Positions 26,324 to 34,184 of a stretch of 34,184 bases of DNA are shown one piece after another (the first letter of the stretch is position 1; every line of letters starts with the position of its first letter). Location of the stretch: positions 1 through 34,184 of the forward strand of contig CAZPTH010000003.1 in the NCBI GenBank assembly GCA_964589315.1, given 5' to 3'. The DNA comes from an uncultured Thermodesulfobacteriota bacterium. GTDB taxonomy: Bacteria; Desulfobacterota; S145-22. Both the position numbers and the translations under genes were made by a program. The notes beneath the pieces were generated by a model. The model worked only from the letters and a program-made list of their open reading frames with translations. It was not told the origin of the DNA and did not search any database.

Positions 26324-27271
26324 TCAAAGCTCCGTGGCGCATTCCGTCGGATCTCCGCGAAGCTTGTCTATGGCGTGATTCAAGGCGGGGAAGATAACCT
26401 CCATGCACTCGGCGACCGCCTTGGGGCTCCCGGGGAGATTGATGATGAGGGTCTTTCCGGCGACCCCGCTGACCGCGCGGGAAATCATGGCATGTGGGGT
26501 CTTTCTGAGACTTTCCGCCCGCATGGCCTCGGCAAATCCCGGAACCTGGCGATCGATGATCTCCAGGGTCACGTCGGGTGTGACATCCCGGGGCCCGAGG
26601 CCCGTCCCACCCGTGGTCAGAATGAGATCGGCCCCGGCCTCAATCTCCTTGAGGAGGGTTTCCCGTATTGCCGGTTTTTCATCGGGGATGATCTCGCTGG
26701 AGAGAATCCGCCCCCCAAGGCGCGTCACATACCAGCGCAGGAAACGGCCGCTGACATCCTCCCGCTCCCCCTTGGCGCCCTTATCGCTCAGGGTCACCAA
26801 CGCGACGACGGGCGCGTCAGAGGCATAGGCACCTTCCTCGATCATCTCCACCACGTCTCCCCGCTTGACCGTGCCTCCGGAGAGGACGCGTCCGAAGCGC
26901 CCTTCCCGGCTGACGATATAGGGACGACCGCTTTCCGGGGGTTCAAAGGTCTCTTTCCCGATCTGCAGGATCTTGATCCGGGCCGTCCCAATGGCCAGGA
27001 CCGTCCCGACACGGAGGAACTCCGGTGGGATTCCCTCGATGGTAAGATTTTCCGAATAGGAATTCTCTTCGAAGGTGGTTCGAATGGCCTTGGGGACCAG
27101 GGCCATCGTCTCCAGGGGAAAGAGGCTGATCTGTCGATCCCAGTCGCCCCCGTGGGCGTCGCCTTCCAGCCCCCAGTCGGGGGTCAGGACCCCTTTGTCG
27201 ACCGGGTGTTTCGGAACACCGCGCACCTTTCCGAGATTGACAGAGATGAGATGTCCATGAATCTTTTCCAT
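26324..27271 (-). CDS. MOSC domain + MogA/MoaB molybdopterin adenylyltransferase fusion
   Basis: N-terminal GLEGDAH...RQISL...ENL...REG (MOSC-like); C-terminal TLSDKG...REDVSG, TTGGTGLGPRDVTP, NLPGSP. Confidence 0.88.
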   Translation of the reverse strand: MEKIHGHLISVNLGKVRGVPKHPVDKGVLTPDWGLEGDAHGGDWDRQISLFPLETMALVPKAIRTTFEENSYSENLTIEGIPPEFLRVGTVLAIGTARIKILQIGKETFEPPESGRPYIVSREGRFGRVLSGGTVKRGDVVEMIEEGAYASDAPVVALVTLSDKGAKGEREDVSGRFLRWYVTRLGGRILSSEIIPDEKPAIRETLLKEIEAGADLILTTGGTGLGPRDVTPDVTLEIIDRQVPGFAEAMRAESLRKTPHAMISRAVSGVAGKTLIINLPGSPKAVAECMEVIFPALNHAIDKLRGDPTECATEL

Positions 27272-27322
27272 ACCTGTTTGTCCTTTAAGGGATTGATTTC
27301 ATGTAACGGGTCAATTGGTTAT

Positions 27323-27805
27323 TTAAGATCCTTCATACACATAGGTCCCGCTCTTGCCGCCACTTTTCCGAACCAGGTGGATATCTCCCATCACCATCCC
27401 CCGATCCACTGCCTTTCCCATGTCATAGATGGTCAGCAGACTGATGGTGACGGCCGTCAGGGCCTCCATTTCGACCCCCGTGGCACCCCGGTTTTTAACC
27501 TCGGCCGTGGCCGTGATCGTGGCCTTCTCCTCGTCCAGCGTAAACTCCACGGAGATCTTGCTGATGGGGATGGGGTGGCAGAGGGGAATGAGGCGAGGGG
27601 TCTGTTTGGCCGCCATGATCCCCGCGATCCGGGCGGTGCCCAGGACGTCCCCCTTCTTCATCTGGCCTTCTTTGATGAGCGTGAAGGTTTCCCGTTTCAT
27701 GCGGATTTCGCCCCGGGCAACGGCCACGCGAAGGGTTTCCGGCTTTTCCGAGACATCCACCATCGTGGCTTCACCGGTTGGACTCAAATGGGTCAGGGTA
27801 TCCAT
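27323..27805 (-). CDS. moaC: Cyclic pyranopterin monophosphate synthase
   Basis: MVDVSEK, LIPLCHP, TGVEMEAL, YDMGKAVD, KSGGKSG. Confidence 0.97.
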   Translation of the reverse strand: MDTLTHLSPTGEATMVDVSEKPETLRVAVARGEIRMKRETFTLIKEGQMKKGDVLGTARIAGIMAAKQTPRLIPLCHPIPISKISVEFTLDEEKATITATAEVKNRGATGVEMEALTAVTISLLTIYDMGKAVDRGMVMGDIHLVRKSGGKSGTYVYEGS

Positions 27806-27826
27806 AAAACCTCCATCAAATGATGC

Positions 27827-28810
27827 CTATCCGCCGATGCTCCACATGCCGCGATGGCACTTGGGGGCGGAGACGGACTGCATGTGGTGTCGTTTGGGTT
27901 TCAGTGCCAGCGTTTTCTGGAGAAGCCTGAGGAGTTCGGTCTCATCCGCCCCGGCCCGCAAGGGGGTCTTGACATCCACCTCGGTATCGGAAAAGAGGCA
28001 GGGACGAAGGTGTCCGTCCGCCGTGAGCCGCAGGCGGTTGCAGGTGCCGCAGAAGTGGTTGCTCAGGGGACTGATCAGGCCGATTTCTCCCTTCGCGTCC
28101 GGGATCTTGTAAACCCGTGCGGGGCCGTTGTTGTGGGTCCCGTTGATGGGGACGAGCGGATAGACGGATTCAATCTTTTTCTTGATTCCCTCCACGCTGA
28201 GGAAATTTCCATCGTTCCAGGTCTCATTGACCGGCATATACTCGATGAAACGGACCACGTAGGGTTCCTCGATGGTGAGCCGGGCGAAGTCGAGGATTTC
28301 CTCCTCGTTGTACTCCTTCATGGCAACCACATTGATCTTCACCGGGGACAGGCCCACGGCCCGGGCCGTTTCGATGCCCTCCCAGACCTGGTGGAAATAG
28401 TCCCTGCCGGTGATGGTCTTGTAAAGCTCGGGCTTCAGGGTATCGAGGCTGACATTGATGCGTCTGAGGCCGGCCTCTTTGAGATCCCGTGCGAATCGCT
28501 TCAACAGAACGCCGTTGGTTGTCAGGCTGAGGTCATCTACCCCCTCGATTCTGGAGATCTGGGAGATGAATTCGGGGAGTCCCTTCCGCATGAGGGGCTC
28601 GCCACCCGTGATCCTGATCTTCCGAATCCCCGCCTTCACGAAGGCTGTCACGAGGGTGATGATCTCTTCAAACCTCAGGATCTCCTCGTGGGGAACCCAG
28701 CTGATCTCGTCGGTTACACAGTAGAGACACCTCAGGTTACAGTGGTCGGTAATGGAGATGCGCAGGTAATCGATGACGCGTCCGTAGTGGTCTTTCAGTA
28801 CATGGTTCAT
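27827..28810 (-). CDS. moaA: GTP 3',8-cyclase (radical SAM)
   Basis: CNLRCLYC, TGGEP, FCGTCNRLRLTADG..RPCL, C-terminal MWSIGG. Confidence 0.97.
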   Translation of the reverse strand: MNHVLKDHYGRVIDYLRISITDHCNLRCLYCVTDEISWVPHEEILRFEEIITLVTAFVKAGIRKIRITGGEPLMRKGLPEFISQISRIEGVDDLSLTTNGVLLKRFARDLKEAGLRRINVSLDTLKPELYKTITGRDYFHQVWEGIETARAVGLSPVKINVVAMKEYNEEEILDFARLTIEEPYVVRFIEYMPVNETWNDGNFLSVEGIKKKIESVYPLVPINGTHNNGPARVYKIPDAKGEIGLISPLSNHFCGTCNRLRLTADGHLRPCLFSDTEVDVKTPLRAGADETELLRLLQKTLALKPKRHHMQSVSAPKCHRGMWSIGG

Positions 28811-30717
28811 CGTGTCTTCTCGGTCCCGCTTTCGGAAGGGTCATATCCCCCCAGGGCCGCCATGGCCTCCCGGAAGGGGGTTGAGCGAATGATATCCAGG
28901 AGAACCCGGATGCGCCGGTCACCGTAAAGTTCGTCCGGGATAACCAAATCGTAGGGTTCCCGGGCCAGCGGGATGAAATCGAGGTCCAAAGCCTCGGCCG
29001 CGGCCTGGATTCCCAACCCGCAATCGGCCATGCCCCCCTGGATCTCGGCGGCCACCATGGCATGGGTGGCAACCTCGTTGAGGTATCCGGAAACGGCCTC
29101 GGGGGAAATATTTTCCCTTTCGAGAAAAAAGTCAAGCAACACGCGGGTCCCCGCGCCCCGCTGACGGTTCACGAACTGGACGTCGTCCCTGGCCAGGTCC
29201 CGGATGGTCTTGATCCCCTTGGGGTTTCCCTTCCGGACCATCAATCCCTGGGTTCGCTTGAGGAGGTGCACGATCCTTACCGCCCGCCCGGAGAGGTATT
29301 TTTGAACGTAAGGGAGATTATAGGTCTGGGTTTCGGGGTCCAGGAGGTGGATGGCCGTCAGGTGCGTCTTCCCGCCCTTCAGGGCAAAAAGGCCGCCCAG
29401 GCTTCCTACCGCCCCGATGGCAAGGGAGACCCCCGTGGCCCCCGCCGCCATGAGGACCTCGATGCGGTCCAGGCTCAAATCGTGACTCCCGATAAAGATG
29501 AGCTGTCCCTCCAGCGTGGATTTCGGTTTCCTGAGCCGGACCGGGACGGGCGCCGTGTCGGAGACCCCCTCCGAGTCCATGGGGATGCGGAGAATCCCGT
29601 CTGCCTCGGACAGCCCCTTCAGGATACCCGCGCCCCTGGCCAGGGGGACCGCGATCCAGGAATCTCCCACCTTTCCAAGGCGTACCCGAATAAATTCCTC
29701 CTGCCCCAGTTTCGAGGGGATCTTTCTAAAAGGGATTGCCTCGAGCGTGGATGGCGCCGGGAGGGGAAGCCCCGTGATCTCTCCAATAAAGGGGCGGATA
29801 ATCTCCTCGTAGAAGAGGGCCGCGGATGTGGGATATCCGGGAATTCCGAAGACCGGTTTGCGATGGACAATACCGTAAAGGGCCGGCTTGCCCGGCATCA
29901 TGGCGATCCCGTGGATGAGAACTTCCCCCAGTTCCTCGAGGATGGTCCGGGTAAAGTCCTTCGCGCCGGCGGAGGATCCGGACAGGATGAAAAGGATGTC
30001 GTAATCTTTGGCGGCGGCCTCCAGCGCGTGAACGAGCTCCTCCCTCTCATCCCTGCACGGGGGGAGGATAGAGGGGAGGGCCCCATCATCCCGGGCATAT
30101 GCCGCGATCATCCGGCTGTTGGTTTCGAGGATCTCGCCGGGTCTTGGAGACGATTCGGGGGGGACAAGTTCCGAGCCTGTGGGAAGGATTGCCACTCTGG
30201 GCCGGGGTTTGACCCTGACGGAGAAGACCCCGGCGTTCAGGAGAAGCGCGATGTCCGGAGGCCGGATGACCTGGTTGGGAACAAGAAGGAGGTCGCCCTT
30301 GATGGTATCTTCCCCCACGGGACGGACATGCTGCCAGGGGTGGGCGGCTGTGCGAATCTCGAAGGTGTCGGGGGTCTTTTTGAGGAGCTGCTCCACCATG
30401 ATCACGGCATTTGTTCCCGTCGGCATGGGGGCGCCGGTATTGACCCAGAAGGCCGTTTCCCCGATTTTCAGGGTGACAGGGGACGCGTCGGAGGCGCCAA
30501 AGGTCACCTTCGCGTTGACGGCCACCCCGTCCATGGCGGCCGCGGCGTAATGGGGGATGGAGCGCCTGGCGAAAACGGCCTCCGCCATGACCCGCCCCTC
30601 GGCCTCTTCAACCGGGAGGGTCTCATGTTTGGCGAGCTCCAGCGTCGGGATCGAGGCAAGGACGCGTTCCCTTGCCTCCGGGAGCGGCGTGAGGGAGAGA
30701 TAGATGGATCGTTTCAT
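28807..30717 (-). CDS. moeA: MoeA fused to a periplasmic-binding-protein-like (PBP) domain
   Basis: AMDGVAV, PTGSE, SGSSAG, PGKP, PGYP; C-terminal GSHD, GSLGGL, FVNRQRGAGTR, GGYD. Confidence 0.92.
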   Translation of the reverse strand: MKRSIYLSLTPLPEARERVLASIPTLELAKHETLPVEEAEGRVMAEAVFARRSIPHYAAAAMDGVAVNAKVTFGASDASPVTLKIGETAFWVNTGAPMPTGTNAVIMVEQLLKKTPDTFEIRTAAHPWQHVRPVGEDTIKGDLLLVPNQVIRPPDIALLLNAGVFSVRVKPRPRVAILPTGSELVPPESSPRPGEILETNSRMIAAYARDDGALPSILPPCRDEREELVHALEAAAKDYDILFILSGSSAGAKDFTRTILEELGEVLIHGIAMMPGKPALYGIVHRKPVFGIPGYPTSAALFYEEIIRPFIGEITGLPLPAPSTLEAIPFRKIPSKLGQEEFIRVRLGKVGDSWIAVPLARGAGILKGLSEADGILRIPMDSEGVSDTAPVPVRLRKPKSTLEGQLIFIGSHDLSLDRIEVLMAAGATGVSLAIGAVGSLGGLFALKGGKTHLTAIHLLDPETQTYNLPYVQKYLSGRAVRIVHLLKRTQGLMVRKGNPKGIKTIRDLARDDVQFVNRQRGAGTRVLLDFFLERENISPEAVSGYLNEVATHAMVAAEIQGGMADCGLGIQAAAEALDLDFIPLAREPYDLVIPDELYGDRRIRVLLDIIRSTPFREAMAALGGYDPSESGTEKTR

Positions 30718-31958
30718 AAGAGCATTAGTATATCCACTTCTTCCCCCTTGTAAACCCCTTCTGAATTCAGGGGAATTCGGATGAGGGCGTTGGCGGCCAC
30801 GAGGGAGGAAATGATTCCAGACTTGCTGAAGATGGGAGTTACAACCTTATCCTTTCCTTTGCCTTCGACCTTTGCCCGGACGAAATCCTCCCGTCCCTGG
30901 GCGGATGGGATGTTCCCCTGGAGGGTCGCCTTTTCCCACGAGAGGGGGGAATTCTCCCTTGCCCCGAGAAGGATATGGAGGGCCCTCGTCACGAAGAGTT
31001 GGGCGATGACCCAGGTGGAAACGGGGTGGCCGGGGAGGCCGAACACCATCTTTTCTCCGACCTTAACGACGAGGGTCGGTTTTCCGGGGCTGACGGCAAC
31101 CCCGTGGACGAGAAGCGAGAAGCCTGGAAATGTTTCGAGGACCTTGAGGGTCAGGTCGCGGACCCCCACGGAACTTCCCCCGGAGAGGAGTAGCAGGTCG
31201 TAGTTGGACAGCCCTGCTTCGCAGGCCGCCTTCAAGGCCTTTTCGTCGTCCGGGACCAGGGTGATAAAGCGGGCCTCTCCCCCACTTTGCTCGACCAGGC
31301 CTTGCAGGGTGAACCGGTTCACGTCCCGAACCTGGCCGGGTAACGGGGAGGTCTCGGCGGGAACGATCTCGTTCCCGGTGGAGATGATTCCGACGGTTGG
31401 TTTCCGGGCCACGGAGACCTGGGTGATGCCCAGGGCGGCAAGGAGCCCCAGTTCCTGGGGGCGGATTTTCTGCCCTTTTTCGAGAACGACAGCCCCTTCA
31501 CGGATGTCTTCTCCCGTCTGGACGACGTTTTCAAGCGGTGAGACGGGACGATAGATCTCCACGATGGAGGGATCGGGGGATTCCGTGTGTTCTACCATGA
31601 CCACGGCGTCGGCCCCCTCCGGCAGCGCGCCCCCCGTGGGAATCTCCATGGCCTCCCCGCGCTTGAGAGGAGTTGTTGGCAGCGTCCCGATGGGGATGGC
31701 TCCCGAAACCTTGAGCATGGCCGGGAAGCCTTCCGAGGCCCCGAAGGTATCCCGGCTGTTGACGGCATACCCGTCCACCGTGGAACGCGGAAAGGGAGGA
31801 ATCGATTCAGGGGCAGTCAGAGAGGCGGCGGAAATCCGGTCATTTGCCTCCGGGAGCGGGACGGTTTCGGACTCGAGGGGTTTCAGGGAATCGATGAGGA
31901 TTGCCTCCACCTCTTCCCTCGTTTTGACCTGGAAGAAATCGGTAAATCGGCTGGCCAA
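30714..31958 (-). CDS. moeA: Molybdopterin molybdotransferase
   Basis: STVDGYAV, TGGALPEGADAVVMVE, STGNE, SGGSSVG, PGKP, GLPGHPVS. Confidence 0.94.
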   Translation of the reverse strand: MASRFTDFFQVKTREEVEAILIDSLKPLESETVPLPEANDRISAASLTAPESIPPFPRSTVDGYAVNSRDTFGASEGFPAMLKVSGAIPIGTLPTTPLKRGEAMEIPTGGALPEGADAVVMVEHTESPDPSIVEIYRPVSPLENVVQTGEDIREGAVVLEKGQKIRPQELGLLAALGITQVSVARKPTVGIISTGNEIVPAETSPLPGQVRDVNRFTLQGLVEQSGGEARFITLVPDDEKALKAACEAGLSNYDLLLLSGGSSVGVRDLTLKVLETFPGFSLLVHGVAVSPGKPTLVVKVGEKMVFGLPGHPVSTWVIAQLFVTRALHILLGARENSPLSWEKATLQGNIPSAQGREDFVRAKVEGKGKDKVVTPIFSKSGIISSLVAANALIRIPLNSEGVYKGEEVDILMLL

Positions 31959-31959
31959 C

Positions 31960-32556
31960 TCAGGACCCCTCTTTCGGATTCCCGGTCTCCGGGAGGTTCG
32001 AAGGAGGACCGGAACAGCCTTCGATTTTCAGGAGGGCCTCCTTTATCGCCAGACCGGAGGAGAATCCACCGAGACTTCCGTTCTTTCGAATGACCCTGTG
32101 GCAGGGGATGAGGATGGGGATCGGGTTTTTCCCGATGGCATTGCCCACGGCGCGGGTCGCCCGAGGACGTCCGATTCTGGTCGCAACCCACTGGTAGCTG
32201 ACGCACCGGCCGTATGGGATGGCAGGTAAGACACGCCATACCTCTTTCTCAAACGGGGTTCCTGCCAGAAAATCAAAAGGGAAGGAGAAGGTGGTCCGTT
32301 TTCCTTCCACGTATTCTTTCAGGGCCGTGTGAATCGACGAATGTTTCGTGGGCTTTTCAGATAGTTTTACGGGCACCGGACATTTCTCAATAAAACGGGC
32401 GCTCTCTTTTTCCTTCCCCCTCCCGAGGAAAATCGCGCAAATCCCCTTCTCTGTCGTAAAAACCCTGACCTCTTCAAGGATGGGTAACGGGATATCTTCC
32501 CATGTCACAACTCTTGGTTTATGATCATTAAACTTGACTTCCTTTCCTTGTTTCAT
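31960..32556 (-). CDS. ogt: Methylated-DNA--protein-cysteine methyltransferase
   Basis: GTPFEKEVW, IPYG, RAVGNA, PCHRV active site. Confidence 0.93.
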   Translation of the reverse strand: MKQGKEVKFNDHKPRVVTWEDIPLPILEEVRVFTTEKGICAIFLGRGKEKESARFIEKCPVPVKLSEKPTKHSSIHTALKEYVEGKRTTFSFPFDFLAGTPFEKEVWRVLPAIPYGRCVSYQWVATRIGRPRATRAVGNAIGKNPIPILIPCHRVIRKNGSLGGFSSGLAIKEALLKIEGCSGPPSNLPETGNPKEGS

Positions 32557-32719
32557 CCCTGTTTTTTACAATAGTCGGAACGAAACTGCAACCTGCGGAA
32601 GGGCCTGGGGAGGAATTCCTGCGCCCGGGGAATTGACGCGGTCGCAATCGTTTTGATTTTGGGGCTTATTAGTGATAAAAAAGCGCGGACAGGTCCCAAC
32701 ACGGAGGAAGACCTAACCG

Positions 32720-33835
32720 GTGATTCGCAGAAAGAACATCCTTTTTTCCTTTGATCAGTCCATCGAGTCGCAGCACCTCTACAAGTACCTGCGGGATCGG
32801 GGATTTTCCCCTGTTCTCGTGGAAGGGGGGACGGCTGAGATCATCTACCAGACCAGCCTCAAGCGCCCGGACCTGCTCATCCTTTACGACTCCCCGCCGG
32901 ACATCGATGTCCACGAAATATGCAAGATCCTGAAGGGGCAGATGGAGACCCAGAGCATTATCATCCTCGTGCTGGACGGGAAGGACACCAAGGCGGAGAA
33001 GCTGGCGACCTTTGGGCTTACGGCGGATGACTATGTCTCGCGGTTCCTGCCCGTGGAGGAACTCTACGCCAAGATCTATTCCCTGCTCAGCATCCGGGAT
33101 TTGCATCTCCAGCTCCTGGAGAGCGAGAAGTTTGCGGCCCTTGGCCGTCTGGCTGACCGGATCGCCCACGAGTTTCGGAATCCCCTCACGGTTATCGGCG
33201 GGTTCGCCCACCGTATCAAGAAGAAGCATCCGAACGATCCGACCTGCCAGGAATACGTCAGCAGGATTATCAAGGAAGTCAATCGGCTGGAAAGGATTGT
33301 CGATCAGGTGACCGAATTTGAGGTCTCTACCGTGGGCCAGTATGAATATCTCGATCTTATCAAGCTCCTCAAGGAACTTGCCGAGGAGTTCACGGCCTGT
33401 ATGCGCGGGGTACCGGAGCGCGATATCACCATAGACATCCCGGAGAACGCCCAGATCCCGCTCATTCACGCCAGCCGTCAGGGAATGAAAAACGTCTTTA
33501 AAAACCTCTTCGAGAACGCCGTTGACGCCATCCCGGAAGGGCGGAAGGGGCTTATACAGGTCTTTACGGGAATGGACGTGGAAGAGGGAATCCTATGGGT
33601 GAAGGTCAAGGATAACGGGATTGGGATTCCCCCCGAGGAGCTGGACAAGGTCATGGATCCCTTTTATACCACGAAACCTTACCGGATCGGGCTGGGACTG
33701 ACCCTGGTCTATCGGCACATCCGTGACATGCAGGGGCGCGTGAAGATTGAAAGCGAGGAAGGGAAGGGAACCACAGTGACCCTCATGCTGCCCTTGATCC
33801 TGAAAGCCCCCTTGCCCACTCACAACGGGAAATAA
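32720..33835 (+). CDS. Cytoplasmic hybrid histidine kinase with a degenerate N-terminal receiver domain
   Basis: H-box AHEFRNPL, N-box NLFENAVDA, DNGIGI, DPFYTTK, GLGL; receiver-like PDLLIL...ADDY; GGAGG before GTG. Confidence 0.9.
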   Translation: MIRRKNILFSFDQSIESQHLYKYLRDRGFSPVLVEGGTAEIIYQTSLKRPDLLILYDSPPDIDVHEICKILKGQMETQSIIILVLDGKDTKAEKLATFGLTADDYVSRFLPVEELYAKIYSLLSIRDLHLQLLESEKFAALGRLADRIAHEFRNPLTVIGGFAHRIKKKHPNDPTCQEYVSRIIKEVNRLERIVDQVTEFEVSTVGQYEYLDLIKLLKELAEEFTACMRGVPERDITIDIPENAQIPLIHASRQGMKNVFKNLFENAVDAIPEGRKGLIQVFTGMDVEEGILWVKVKDNGIGIPPEELDKVMDPFYTTKPYRIGLGLTLVYRHIRDMQGRVKIESEEGKGTTVTLMLPLILKAPLPTHNGK

Positions 33836-33840
33836 GAATT

Positions 33841-34056
33841 GGCGGCTTCGTAAAAAGTCCAATTTCTTTGCCCTATTAAATCTTGCGAAGCAAGCCGGCG
33901 AAGCCAATTTAGCCCGGATAATTCATGAATTATCCGGGCTAAACTGGGCTTCTCCCAAAAAATAGCAACAAATATTGAATTATATAATGATATTAAAGTG
34001 TTGTATTGTTATGAAAGTGAATGTAGGAAAAATGGGGGAACTTTTTGCAAGTTGAC
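33841..34056. mobile_element. Possible degenerate MITE/REP-like element
   Basis: Left GGCGGCTTCGTAAAAAGTCC and right GGAACTTTTTGCAAGTTGAC are imperfect inverted ends bracketing the palindrome; abrupt fall in GC. Confidence 0.3.
33908..33943. repeat. Perfect 36-bp palindrome
   Basis: TTTAGCCCGGATAATTCA|TGAATTATCCGGGCTAAA with no loop; extended by GAAGCC (33900-33905) / GGCTTC (33947-33952). Confidence 0.95.
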
Positions 34057-34184
34057 ACCAAATCTTAGCTCTCAGGATTGCTATGATCGTTTTGATAATC
34101 AAGGCTACTACATCTTGCAAAAATGTATATAAAAACGATGAAAAGGACTTTTAAATGCCTAAATCTCGCTATTATGCTTATATC

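Noticed and set aside
26186-30753. Long plus-strand ORFs (545, 357 and 563 aa)
   Set aside because: Antisense to the MOSC-MogA, moaC, moaA and moeA genes; no recognisable domains.
34052-34087. TTGACA...TATGAT near the right end
   Set aside because: Spacing of 24 nt is incompatible with sigma70.
1-34184. CRISPR arrays, tRNA/rRNA genes, transposases, selenocysteine read-through
   Set aside because: No regularly spaced repeats, cloverleaf-like segments, transposase motifs or interrupted conserved ORFs were seen by eye.

Overview
GC-rich chromosomal window from a probably anaerobic bacterium; the gene content and order suggest a Deltaproteobacteria/Desulfobacterota-like organism (inference). 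Left part, minus strand: a long housekeeping run (PP-loop tRNA sulfurtransferase, C-N hydrolase, small 4-Cys protein, argS, SPOR/FtsN-like, lepA, lepB, pyrR-like, gltX, smc, gph, hypothetical, nth), then a structured ~300-nt leader and a truncated exported AMIN-like protein. At 14982-20033 is the most unusual element, a compact four-gene operon: a membrane-spanning HtrA/trypsin-like protease with a cytoplasmic FHA domain, a membrane Ser/Thr kinase with a disordered Lys/Glu-rich ectodomain, a zinc-ribbon/FHA protein with three GarA-like Thr motifs, and a membrane-anchored PP2C phosphatase. It looks like a self-contained proteolysis-coupled phospho-Thr signalling module. Right part: cobO-cbiL (with a 4-Cys N-terminal extension), yjbQ, a four-subunit 2-oxoacid:ferredoxin oxidoreductase plus ACT protein, a lone ccsB, a Mo/W cofactor cluster without moaD/moaE (ending in a Cys-free MOSC-MogA fusion), ogt, a pseudo-receiver histidine kinase, and an AT-rich end carrying a perfect 36-bp palindrome. 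No rRNA, tRNA, CRISPR array or transposase was recognised.
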